Part shown: one piece after another, positions 1-7,646 of the stretch
Layout: each line of letters opens with the position of its first letter
Numbering within the stretch: the stretch's first letter is position 1
Assembly: GCA_965218695.1 (NCBI GenBank)
Contig: CBDCLR010000002.1
Span: 1 to 11,046 of the forward strand
Reading direction: 5' to 3'
Length of the DNA: 11,046 nt
Origin: Nitrosopumilus sp.
GTDB lineage: Archaea; Thermoproteota; Nitrososphaeria; Nitrososphaerales; Nitrosopumilaceae
Made by a program: the position numbers and the translations under genes
Notes under the pieces: model-generated
Databases searched by the model: none
What the model was told of the DNA's origin: nothing
What the model saw: only the letters and a program-made list of their open reading frames with translations

Positions 1-1
1 G

Positions 2-214
2 ACGATGGATCTGTCGTTGGCGTGCGGCAGCGAAGACTCTAGGCCGACCGACACTAGCCGGTTGACGGGGGAGCAGCATGTGTTCATCACGGAGCCGGCC
101 GACTTTGACTTTGGGCCGATGCGAATTGACGAGTGCGAAATGTTCATCAATTATGTCGACTGGCCATCGCCGGACGTTGAATCCATGAGCGTTGATTTCT
201 TCTGCCACTGGTAG
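2..214 (+). CDS. 3' end of a hypothetical protein running in from the left edge (partial)
   Basis: Frame is open from the window start to TAG at 212-214 (…DLSLACGSEDSRPTD…VDFFCHW). Acidic, protein-like composition. No recognisable family. Confidence 0.5.
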   Translation, partial: TMDLSLACGSEDSRPTDTSRLTGEQHVFITEPADFDFGPMRIDECEMFINYVDWPSPDVESMSVDFFCHW

Positions 215-780
215 GAATGGCATGGGCGGGGCTGCCAAGAGCTAGGAGCATAGATCTCGTACCCGGCTTCGCGCTCCTGCCATGTGCCGACGGCTTGACC
301 GCAAAACGAAGCTATATCTAGTAGTATGACCAAATAATTACAGAAACTTTTACTGAAAACAATATTTTTTTTACATGTAAATTATTATTAATATTTCCTG
401 TCAAGGGAGCTGAAGCTCTCGGTAGGCGATTCTGTCTGGGAAATCCAGTAGGTACGATCCATGATGGCAGGCTTGCAAGATGCGAAGGTTTTGTCCTAGA
501 GGTACAGATCAGAGGGCGGCTTGATGCTCCTGTCCGTTTCAGGATCCGGTCCGGCTCCGAATCTTGGGCAAGTCACTCGTGTCCAGCCACGATTCAGGTA
601 CCGCCCCAGACCCAAGCGCCGTGCTCTAGGTCAGCGATGGGCCAACACGCCGGCCAAGTCACCATAACTTTGGGCTCCTAGGCGCCTCGGCAGGTTACTC
701 CGATAACCTCCTACGGGACCACTATCCCATGTCGGCAAGTCTTTACGGAGCCGTCCCGTAAAGTCACGTATCTGGCGTGA

Positions 781-2193
781 TCATTCTGCATCCCTCAGAT
801 ACGCCTCTGGGTGCAGATCCCTGTGCTCCTGATAAAACATGGTCTCCTTAGTGTCCAGGTACAGCATGATGCCGGCATCCTCCCTAAAGTGTCCCCAGCC
901 GGTGATCATGGCCGGACCCTCTCTTACGGCCCCTATCTCGATGTCGTAGGTTATCGATTCCCCGCTTTCCAGATGCATGTCCGAGACGTGCCTGTAGTCT
1001 ATGGCGGTGTCCGTCCCGGGATGGTACACCGTCCTGTATGGCATGCCGTGGGAGTTCACGATCTCAAAGTTCGGACTTAGCTGCCATCCCGGATAGGATC
1101 GTTCCTGCCGTCCCACGGTACTGATTGGATGGTCGTTTGTGTATCCTATTTTTACAGTCGCAGTCTCGCCTACGCTTGGGAGGTTGGACATGCAGATCCT
1201 GGGCGGCGTCCCCCTTGATTCCGAATAGACGGATGCCGCAGATGGCTCTGTCGGGCAGGTGGACGACCAGTTTTGTACGGTATCCAGGAGGACAAATCCC
1301 CTCAGCTCAAGCTTTTCCAGCGATGCGCCAAAGACGCAGGCGGGCCTCCCGGATGGCGACTGCACCAGCAGCATCTCGTTCCGGCACTGCACCTGGTCTG
1401 TGGGTATCTGCATCTGCAGCTGCCTGCCTGGTGAGAGCGCCGCGTTCGCATCATGGCCTGCCAATCCTGCCCGGTCCAGCATGTGTTGAATCTGCGGCAT
1501 GGTAAAGGCCCGGGTTCCGGCTATGAAAAAATCCACAGCCTCAGATACGGAATACTCTTCCCCCTTAATGTGTGCAGCAATGGAGTTCATGGTGCTATAG
1601 ATTTCGCTCCGTTTGCTCAGCGCCTGACTCTGTTCCTCTGTCAGCGGCATGGGACGCGGCTCCTCGCCATCGTCTCTGGGCTGCGAGGGAGGGGCACGCG
1701 GCTCCGGATGGAGCCTCTTGTATTCGTCATAAAGCATGGTGTTATCAGAATCCAGATACAGTCCGATGTGGCCCTCATCCCCGTGTCCCCAGCCGGTGAT
1801 CATAGCCGGACCCTCGCTTACGGCCCTGATCTCGATGTTGTATGTTATTGACTCTCCGCGTTCTAGCGGCGTATGAGCGGCATGCACGTGTCTTCTGAGA
1901 TTGTCCGCTGCCGAGTCGTATACCGGCCTGTACGGCACGCCGTAGGAATCAACAATCTCCAGATTCGGACTTACGTGCCACCCTATGGACGGAATGTATG
2001 TACCGAGCAGGAAATCATTCGTGTATGATATTTCTACAAACGCAGTCTCGTTTATGTTGGGCAGGTTTGATATGTGCATAGCGGGCGCAGGTCCCCTTGA
2101 GGGTGGCGTCGCATGGACGGGGTCTGCAAGCACGGCAGCAGCTGCCACCAGCCCGAATACCAATACCATCGATGCCGGTATTGCACCCATCAT
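781..2193 (-). CDS. Secreted/surface protein with two Ig-like repeats, copy A (~470 aa)
   Basis: Likely start is ATG 2193 (MMGAIPASMVLVFGLVAAAAVLADPVHA, a signal peptide), about 20-25 bp after a TTATA box. Internal repeat SNLP..ETA.V.I.YTN…GW..SPN.EIV.S.G.PYR.VY…LE.GESITY.IEI.AV.EGPAMITGWGH…LYLD…LHPE occurs twice. Central SPGRQ…C…PACV…EKL..RGF motif. Paralogue at 3866-5293. Confidence 0.85.
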   Translation of the reverse strand: MMGAIPASMVLVFGLVAAAAVLADPVHATPPSRGPAPAMHISNLPNINETAFVEISYTNDFLLGTYIPSIGWHVSPNLEIVDSYGVPYRPVYDSAADNLRRHVHAAHTPLERGESITYNIEIRAVSEGPAMITGWGHGDEGHIGLYLDSDNTMLYDEYKRLHPEPRAPPSQPRDDGEEPRPMPLTEEQSQALSKRSEIYSTMNSIAAHIKGEEYSVSEAVDFFIAGTRAFTMPQIQHMLDRAGLAGHDANAALSPGRQLQMQIPTDQVQCRNEMLLVQSPSGRPACVFGASLEKLELRGFVLLDTVQNWSSTCPTEPSAASVYSESRGTPPRICMSNLPSVGETATVKIGYTNDHPISTVGRQERSYPGWQLSPNFEIVNSHGMPYRTVYHPGTDTAIDYRHVSDMHLESGESITYDIEIGAVREGPAMITGWGHFREDAGIMLYLDTKETMFYQEHRDLHPEAYLRDAE

Positions 2194-2460
2194 GACTCCT
2201 GAGGCGCGCTCGTATAAGAGTTGTAAAACTCGCGGTCTGGCACCTGCCAACACAAGAGAACCGGCCCGCCTAGTCTATTGCATAATTCATCTTACTGGAC
2301 TTGGACATGCACGAATCATGTGTGTACTGTGCTACGCCGTGCCTGCCTCCATGTCTATCAGCTTGTTGTACGTGGCCACTTTGATCCCGACCTTTGGGCC
2401 ATATTCTTCTACTTGGGCAGTACAGGCGCTCCCCAAACATCCTGTAAAAAGGCAGAAAAC
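786..2460 (-). repeat. Left arm of ~1.7-kb inverted duplication
   Basis: Reverse complement aligns with ~3595-5273. Identity ends at …GATGCAG (786 vs 5273) and fades inside the IS5 remnant. Confidence 0.95.
2211..2220 (-). promoter_or_regulatory. Putative archaeal TATA box (CTTATACG) of copy A
   Basis: TTATA about 20-25 bp upstream of ATG 2193. Identical at 3841-3848 in copy B. Confidence 0.5.
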
Positions 2461-2550
2461 ACGATCTACGCCAGCCATCTCCTGCCGTACCCGACCCTCT
2501 TCTTACAATCCTCCCGAGCATGCTCCTTCTCACCGTCTGACATTTTCCAC
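2273..2550 (-). mobile_element. IS5-family (IS903-like) right-end remnant with decayed transposase C-terminus
   Basis: Minus-strand translation across a stop and frameshifts gives KKRVGYGRRWLA*IVFSAF…RMFGERLY…IKVATYNKLIDMEAGTA*, matching the Y..R...E..F...K..FG motif of IS5/IS903 transposases. End GTCTATTGCATAATTC (2273-2288) resembles the IS903 IR GGCTTTGTTGAATAAATC. Confidence 0.75.
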
Positions 2551-2822
2551 ACACGACTGAGGGGCTAGCCGCCAAGCCGGTTCCTGACGTGGGATTTCTA
2601 TTCTACATGTAGGGAAATACAACGTTTTCTCTAACTTATTGCTAATATTCTTATAAGATTTGCATTATATGAACCTGCCGGAAACGGGGCTGGCAGCCTG
2701 CGAGCCTGCGCACGCGTTCCCGCGCCGGCGGCCCGGAAGCCCCACCAATAAAGGCACGGCAGGAGGCATGCAGGGGCGGGATGGCCAGAATTACGCACCA
2801 GCCCCCGGCATGCCAGACCGCA

Positions 2823-2845
2823 TTTATAAGTAAGAAAAATCTTAC
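2823..2845 (+). promoter_or_regulatory. TA operon promoter: TATA box TTTATAA and palindromic operator GTAAGA-N4-TCTTAC
   Basis: TTTATAA at 2823-2829, about 25 bp before ATG 2853. Perfect 6-bp inverted repeat at 2830-2845 between TATA and start, where TA autorepression operators typically lie. Confidence 0.6.
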
Positions 2846-2852
2846 ATGACGT

Positions 2853-3122
2853 ATGTCAGAACCAATAATGAGGACCGTGACCGTTTCAGAGAAGGGCCAG
2901 ATCTCGATACCACGGGACATTAGGATGCAGCTAGCGGTTAAGAGGGGTTCGAAACTGGTGCTCGTCCTGAAAGGCAAAAAACTCCTGATCAGCAGGGCAT
3001 CTGACATATCGCAATTGATTGAGGACGGCTTTGATGACGTGGTACGGCACTCTGAATACTCGCTGAAGAAGATATGGGACAACGAGGAGGACGAGGTATG
3101 GAACAGGTATCTAAAAACGTGA
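2853..3122 (+). CDS. AbrB/MazE/SpoVT-family antitoxin
   Basis: N-terminal TVTVSEKGQISIPRDIR swapped-hairpin signature, acidic C-terminus (SLKKIWDNEEDEVW), overlaps the toxin gene. Confidence 0.9.
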   Translation: MSEPIMRTVTVSEKGQISIPRDIRMQLAVKRGSKLVLVLKGKKLLISRASDISQLIEDGFDDVVRHSEYSLKKIWDNEEDEVWNRYLKT

Positions 3123-3454
3123 TCCAGCAGCGCTGCGTTATCATACTGCCGTTTCCATTCTCCGACCTGCAGCGGAAGAAGGCCAGGCCGGCAATCGTCG
3201 TATCAAACAACGGATACAACAGGAAATCAGATGACGTAGTGGTCGTGCCGCTCACGTCAAACCCAAGGCCGTCAGAATATGGCGTGCCGGTTACAAACAG
3301 GGATATGGAAGACGGAAGGCGGATTGTTGACAGTAATGCAAGGGTTGACAAGATATTCAGCGTGGAGAAAAGGATCATAGCGAAATGCATAGGAAAGGTA
3401 GACAGAAAAACTCACGCCGCCATATGCAAATTGCTCTCCGCCCTTACCGAATGA
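3098..3454 (+). CDS. mazF: PemK/MazF-family endoribonuclease toxin
   Basis: PFPFSDL…KARPAIVVSN..YN….VVVVPLTS signature. Start is ATG 3098 (GAGG upstream) or GTG 3119 overlapping the antitoxin stop (GTGA). Confidence 0.9.
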   Translation: MEQVSKNVIQQRCVIILPFPFSDLQRKKARPAIVVSNNGYNRKSDDVVVVPLTSNPRPSEYGVPVTNRDMEDGRRIVDSNARVDKIFSVEKRIIAKCIGKVDRKTHAAICKLLSALTE

Positions 3455-3518
3455 GGCTCTGGTAAATTCTAGTGATCTCTGTCGTTTACTGTTCAAAAGT
3501 GTGTTTTTGGATCTTCTC
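3455..3518 (+). repeat. Truncated copy of the GGCTCTGG element long end
   Basis: GGCTCTGGTAAATTCTAGTGATCTCTG…TGTTCAAAAGTGTGTTTTTGGATCTTCT matches 7494-7556. Begins on the base after the mazF stop. Confidence 0.85.
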
Positions 3519-3594
3519 GTTTCTTTTATATAGCTTTTTTGGGCCACCGCCAGCAGATTGCCAGCATCCCAGCCCTCGAAGATTACACAGGACC

Positions 3595-3786
3595 CGTTTT
3601 GCGGTTCTTTAAGAGGATGTTTGGCAAACATCTGTACTCGCTCAAGTGGAAGAACATGATCCAGGAGGTCAGGATCAAAGTGGCCACGTACAACAAGCTG
3701 ATAGACATGGAGGCAGGCACGGCGTAGCACAGTACACGCATGATCCGTGCATGTCCAAGTCCAGTAGGATGGATTATGCAACAGAC
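3595..3786 (+). mobile_element. IS5-family right-end remnant (second copy)
   Basis: FFKRMFGKHLYSLKWKNMIQEVRIKVATYNKLIDMEAGTA* followed by IR GGATTATGCAACAGAC (3771-3786). Inverted homologue of 2273-2460. Confidence 0.75.
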
Positions 3787-5273
3787 TAGGCGTACCAGTT
3801 CTCTTGCATTGGCGGGTGCCAGACCGCGAGTTTTACAACTCTTATACGAGCGCGCCTCAGGAGTCATGATGGGTGCAATACCGGCATTGATGGTATTGGT
3901 AATCGGATTGGTGGCAGCCGCTGCCATGCTTGCAGACCCCGTCCATGCGACGCCGCCCTTATTGGGAGATGCGCCCGCGATGCGCATATCAAACCTGCCC
4001 AACATAAACGAGACTGCGTTTGTAGAAATAACATACACGGACGTTTTCCTGTTCGACGCATACCCTCCGTCCAGAGGGTGGAGCGTAAGTCCGAATCTGG
4101 AGATTGTTGATTCCTACGGCGTGCCGTACAGGCCAGTATATGACTCGGCAGCGGACAATCTCAGAAGACACATGCATGCCGCTCATACGCCGCTAGAACG
4201 CGGAGAGTCAATAACATACAACATCGAGATCAGGGCCGTAAGCGAGGGTCGGGCCACGATTGCCGCCTGGGGACACGTGGATACGGGTCACATCGTACTG
4301 TATCTAGATTCTTATCACACCATGCTTTATGACGAATACAGAAGGCTGCATCCGGAGCCGCGTGCCCCTCCCCCGCAGCCCAGAGACGATGGCGAGGGGC
4401 CACGTTACATACCGCTGACAGAGGAACAGAGTCAGGCGCTGAGCAGAGAGCAAGAAATCGATAGCACCATGGGCTCCATTGCCGCACACATTCAGAGGGA
4501 AGGGCATGCCGCATCTGAGGCCGTGGATTTTTTCATAGCCGGAACCCGGGCCTTTACCATGCCGCAGATTCAACACATGCTGGACCGGGCGGGATTTGCA
4601 GGCCATGATGTGAACGCGGCGCTCTCACCAGGCAGGCAGCTGCAGATGCAGATACCCACAGACCAGGTGCAGTGCCGGAACGAGATGCTGCTGGTGCAGT
4701 CGCCATCCGGGAGGCCCGCCTGCGTCTTTGGCGCATCGCTGGAAAAGCTTGAGCGGAGGGGGTTTGTCCTCCTGGATACCGTACGAAACTGGTCGTCCAT
4801 CTGCCCGACAGAGCCATCTGCGGCATCCGTCTATTCGGAATCAAGGGGGACGCCGCCCAGGATCTGCATGTCCAACCTCCCAAGCGTAGGCGAGACTGCG
4901 ACTGTAAAAATAGGATACACAAACGACCAACCAATCAGTACCGCGGGACGGCAGGAACGATCCTATCCGGGATGGCAGCTAAGTCCGAACTTTGAGATCG
5001 TGGACTCCCACGGCATGCCATACAGGACAGTGTACCATCCCGGGACGGACACCGTCATAGACTACAGGCACGTCTCGGACATGCATCTGGAAAGCGGGGA
5101 ATCGATAACCTACGACATCGAGGTAAGGGCCGTAAGAGAGGGTCCGGCCATGATCACCGGCTGGGGACACTTTAGGGAGGATGCCGGCATCATGCTGTAC
5201 CTGGACTCCGCGGAGACCATGTTTTATCAGGAGCACAGGGATCTGCATCCCGAGGCGTATCTGAGGGATGCAG
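3595..5273 (+). repeat. Right arm of ~1.7-kb inverted duplication
   Basis: Aligns with the reverse complement of 786-2460, with no indels visible in the coding part. Confidence 0.95.
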
Positions 5274-5293
5274 GATTGATGTGGACCCCATAA
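3866..5293 (+). CDS. Secreted/surface protein with two Ig-like repeats, copy B (~475 aa)
   Basis: Start is ATG 3866 after TTATA (3842-3846), with a signal peptide and the same architecture as copy A. The last residues (LMWTP*) are contributed by an IS3 end. Confidence 0.85.
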   Translation: MMGAIPALMVLVIGLVAAAAMLADPVHATPPLLGDAPAMRISNLPNINETAFVEITYTDVFLFDAYPPSRGWSVSPNLEIVDSYGVPYRPVYDSAADNLRRHMHAAHTPLERGESITYNIEIRAVSEGRATIAAWGHVDTGHIVLYLDSYHTMLYDEYRRLHPEPRAPPPQPRDDGEGPRYIPLTEEQSQALSREQEIDSTMGSIAAHIQREGHAASEAVDFFIAGTRAFTMPQIQHMLDRAGFAGHDVNAALSPGRQLQMQIPTDQVQCRNEMLLVQSPSGRPACVFGASLEKLERRGFVLLDTVRNWSSICPTEPSAASVYSESRGTPPRICMSNLPSVGETATVKIGYTNDQPISTAGRQERSYPGWQLSPNFEIVDSHGMPYRTVYHPGTDTVIDYRHVSDMHLESGESITYDIEVRAVREGPAMITGWGHFREDAGIMLYLDSAETMFYQEHRDLHPEAYLRDAGLMWTP

Positions 5294-5418
5294 AATGAGA
5301 CCGATTTTTCCACGATTTTACAGAGATCGATCCCCCATTTATGCGTCTCCTCCCATGATGTCAGGAACTCCTTTGGCTGGACATACCTGAGTGCAGAGTG
5401 CAACCGGTCCTGGTTGTA
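5277..5418 (-). mobile_element. IS3-family right end with transposase C-terminal remnant
   Basis: Minus strand reads YNQDRLHSALRYVQPKEF (the YN..R.HS.L.Y..P.EF motif of IS3 integrases). Terminal TGATGTGGACCCCATAAAATGAGACC from 5277 is IS3-IR-like (5'-TG). Confidence 0.75.
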
Positions 5419-6513
5419 TGGTGACACGTCAAAGTTTTGCCTGATTTTGACTCACCAACCGAAATGTTTCTAGATCTCAATCTGCTGGGTCGGCTATGGA
5501 CGAAACAGACTGGGAAGGATTCAAGAAAGCGTATCGGCAGGAAAAGGATCCCAGAGTACGGGCGCGAATGCTTGCAGTATGCATGGTTCATGTACGGAAA
5601 AGAAGCGTAGAGGACACTGCCGACCTCCTCATGCAGTCGCCCGACTGGGTACGATCTGGATTCGAAGGTACGACGGAGGCCTTGACGGCCTCTTGGACCT
5701 TCCCAGATGCGGCAGGCCAAGGAGCATTCCAGCATCTACACTCAACAGGATAATTTTCGATCTTGGCAGTTCAAGAATCACTCCCGTCATGCTACAGCAG
5801 GTCATGCACGAAAAGGCAGGCAGAAAGCTGCACATAACATACGTCAGAAAGATCATGCGCCGGCATGGCCTCTCCCCGAAGGCGTCACAGAAGATCCATA
5901 TCAGGAGAGCCAACGGCAAGACTGTAAAAAATTGGCAGCATGACATCAAAAAGTGGATTTCACGCATGGAAAACGAGGGATTCGTCGTGGTCATGGAGGA
6001 CGAGGCGTTTTTTGTGCATGACGCGGCAACAGGACGCAAATGCTGGCCGCCCGTGGCAAGCCCGGTAACGTGCCCCATACCGGAAGCCACAGGAAGGTCG
6101 CAGCATACGGATCGATTGCAAGGGACGGGAGGCAATTCTTCCGAACCTATGACTGGTTTAACGCAGAGACCCTTGCCAGATACCTGAAGGATTTGCAGGG
6201 ACATTTTGGAAGGGTTACCGTGATAACGGACGGGGTCTCCCCGCATCGGGCACAACTGGTCAGGCAACTGTTGAGGGAAAACAGAAACATCAGAATCAGA
6301 CACTTCCCCCGGGGCTTGCCATATCTTAACGCAGTGGAAGAATGCTGGCACCAAGGAAAACGCATTCTGCCTGTCTCCGAGTATTACAGAACGTTCTCCG
6401 ACCTATGCCGTGCCGTGTCCACGCATTGCCGAACGGCCAGATTCAACTTGGAGCTGTTAAAATATGCAAACCGAAAAACGAAATTGATCTCTAAAGACTT
6501 TTGATCGTCACTA
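5419..6513 (+). mobile_element. IS630-family insertion sequence (~1.1 kb), flanked by TA
   Basis: TA at 5417-5418 and 6514-6515. Imperfect IRs TGGTGACACGTCAAAGTTTT and (reverse complement) TAGTGACGATCAAAAGTCTT. Confidence 0.85.
5496..6504 (+). pseudogene. IS630 transposase, two frameshifts (~5652, ~6045)
   Basis: Three successive frames: HTH (EKDPRVRARMLAV…), then GLDGLLDLPRCGRP…MEDEAFF, then VITDG..PH…PYLNAVEECW (DDE triad). The second break lies inside the catalytic domain. Confidence 0.85.
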
Positions 6514-6642
6514 TACTGCTTCAACGTGGTAGACATATTCACCAGAAAATGACTGGCCTACAAGTTCGACACCATGACCACCAACAATATCGCCATCGAG
6601 TCGATAGTGGAGGCTGTCGCAGTGGCCAAGCCGGATTGCACG
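6514..6642 (+). pseudogene. IS3-family integrase-core (rve) fragment
   Basis: Reading from the TA: YCFNVVDIFTRK*LAYKFDTMTTNNIAIESIVEAVAVAKPDC, matching the Y...V.D.F.R…AY integrase-core strands. In-frame TGA at 6550-6552. Confidence 0.65.
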
Positions 6643-6644
6643 AT

Positions 6645-6851
6645 CCCACGTCGAGGCTGTACACACAAGACACTGACGCTTTCACGCTTCCTGCGATCCC
6701 TGCCGCATTCGCGATTATCGGCATCGTTTCTGCAGCTGCCTGAATGCTAGCCAAGGGCAGCAAGCACGGAAGGCTTTTTGCCGCCTTGTCCGGCACCGGA
6801 ACCTTTTTTGCATTTGCCGGAATAAAGCTGATTATGGAGGGTATGGGCTGA
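6645..6851 (+). pseudogene. 3' fragment of a membrane protein gene with internal stop
   Basis: FTLPAIPAAFAIIGIVSAAA*MLAKGSKHGRLFAALSGTGTFFAFAGIKLIMEGMG* has two hydrophobic helices. Its stop (6849-6851) is 1 bp before the next ATG, which is operon-like. Confidence 0.4.
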
Positions 6852-6852
6852 A

Positions 6853-7098
6853 ATGAAGGCCGGACTCGTGATGTTGTGCGCGGGGGTCGTGGCACTGTCT
6901 GCTGCAACGCTATTTCTTGCAACAAACGACGTTGCAGGATACTCCTACATTCCACTTGACTGCAAAATAAAAAATGATCTTGGCTACTTCTCTAGGGAAA
7001 ATCCCCTTGATCCCCATTCAGAGGAATTTGCCGACAGGGAATCGCTCAAGCTCCTGACGGACTGCTTTAAAAACAGCCATCCGGCAATGTTCCAATAA
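6853..7098 (+). CDS. Small secreted/membrane-anchored hypothetical protein (81 aa)
   Basis: MKAGLVMLCAGVVALSAATLFLA signal/TM segment, GGAGG about 12 bp upstream, two Cys in the mature part. Confidence 0.6.
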   Translation: MKAGLVMLCAGVVALSAATLFLATNDVAGYSYIPLDCKIKNDLGYFSRENPLDPHSEEFADRESLKLLTDCFKNSHPAMFQ

Positions 7099-7404
7099 CC
7101 CGTCCAGCGTCAGCCCTGTACGGCAGGCGGGTTGCCGCGGGCCCGTTCTGGCCCGTGCTATAGCTACACGCCTAAGTTCTTGCAGTGTTAAATTTACCTG
7201 TAGTGATATTGGTCGATTTCAGTCTCAAATCAGGCACAAACGGATCCTAGATATAGTCAATCATTGGAATCCTGTGGTCAATAGGTGCACGAATTTATGA
7301 TTTTGGCTATAGTAGTCAGCCGGGCCGGCCGCACCGGCTTCATCGGCCGCATGGAGACCGCTTTTGACTGGGGCGAGATCGCGGAATGCCGCGCGGGTTT
7401 GATG

Positions 7405-7493
7405 GGCTCTGGTAAATTTAGGTGATCCCTGTAAGTCACTGTTCAAGAAGTGATCTAGACTGGGCTGAGGATCACCTGAATTTAACAGCAGGG
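7405..7493 (-). mobile_element. Divergent member of the GGCTCTGG element family, left piece (interrupted)
   Basis: GGCTCTGGTAAATTTAGGTGATCC…TGTTCAAGAAGTGATC…GGATCACCTGAATTTAACAGCAGG. Appears to continue at 10953. Confidence 0.7.
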
Positions 7494-7646
7494 GGCTCTG
7501 GTAAATTCTAGTGATCTCTGCCGTTCACTGTTCAAAAGTGTGTTTAGGATCTTCTTCAGATTCAATCCCGTCGCATTTCATCACGGTGTTCAAAAGTGTG
7601 GTGCCTTCCACAAGACTGTTCAAAAGTGAGCTGAGCTGTACTTGCA
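7494..7646 (+). repeat. GGCTCTGG element long end, copy 1
   Basis: Terminal GGCTCTGGTAAATTCTAGTGATCTCT plus TGTTCAAAAGTG at 7529, 7587 and 7617. Confidence 0.9.

Noticed and set aside
370-2612. TACATGTA palindromes at 370-381 and 2603-2612 as a shared regulator site
   Set aside because: Short palindromes in AT-rich tracts with no clear adjacent target gene. Chance cannot be excluded.
3740-3865. Extended N-termini of the paralogues given by the ORF track (3740 and 2253 starts)
   Set aside because: The extensions run through the IS5 end and the TATA box. The signal peptide begins at MMG (3866/2193).
3940-4515. Diversity-generating retroelement (TR/VR pair) explaining paralogue variation
   Set aside because: Differences are not adenine-specific (e.g. 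TCA/TTA, GGT/GAC, CTC/TTC), they lie in the N-terminal half, and there is no reverse transcriptase in the window.
5640-6050. Programmed frameshifting producing an active IS630 transposase
   Set aside because: There are two breaks, no obvious slippery A-run at either, and one lies within the DDE domain. Decay is more likely.
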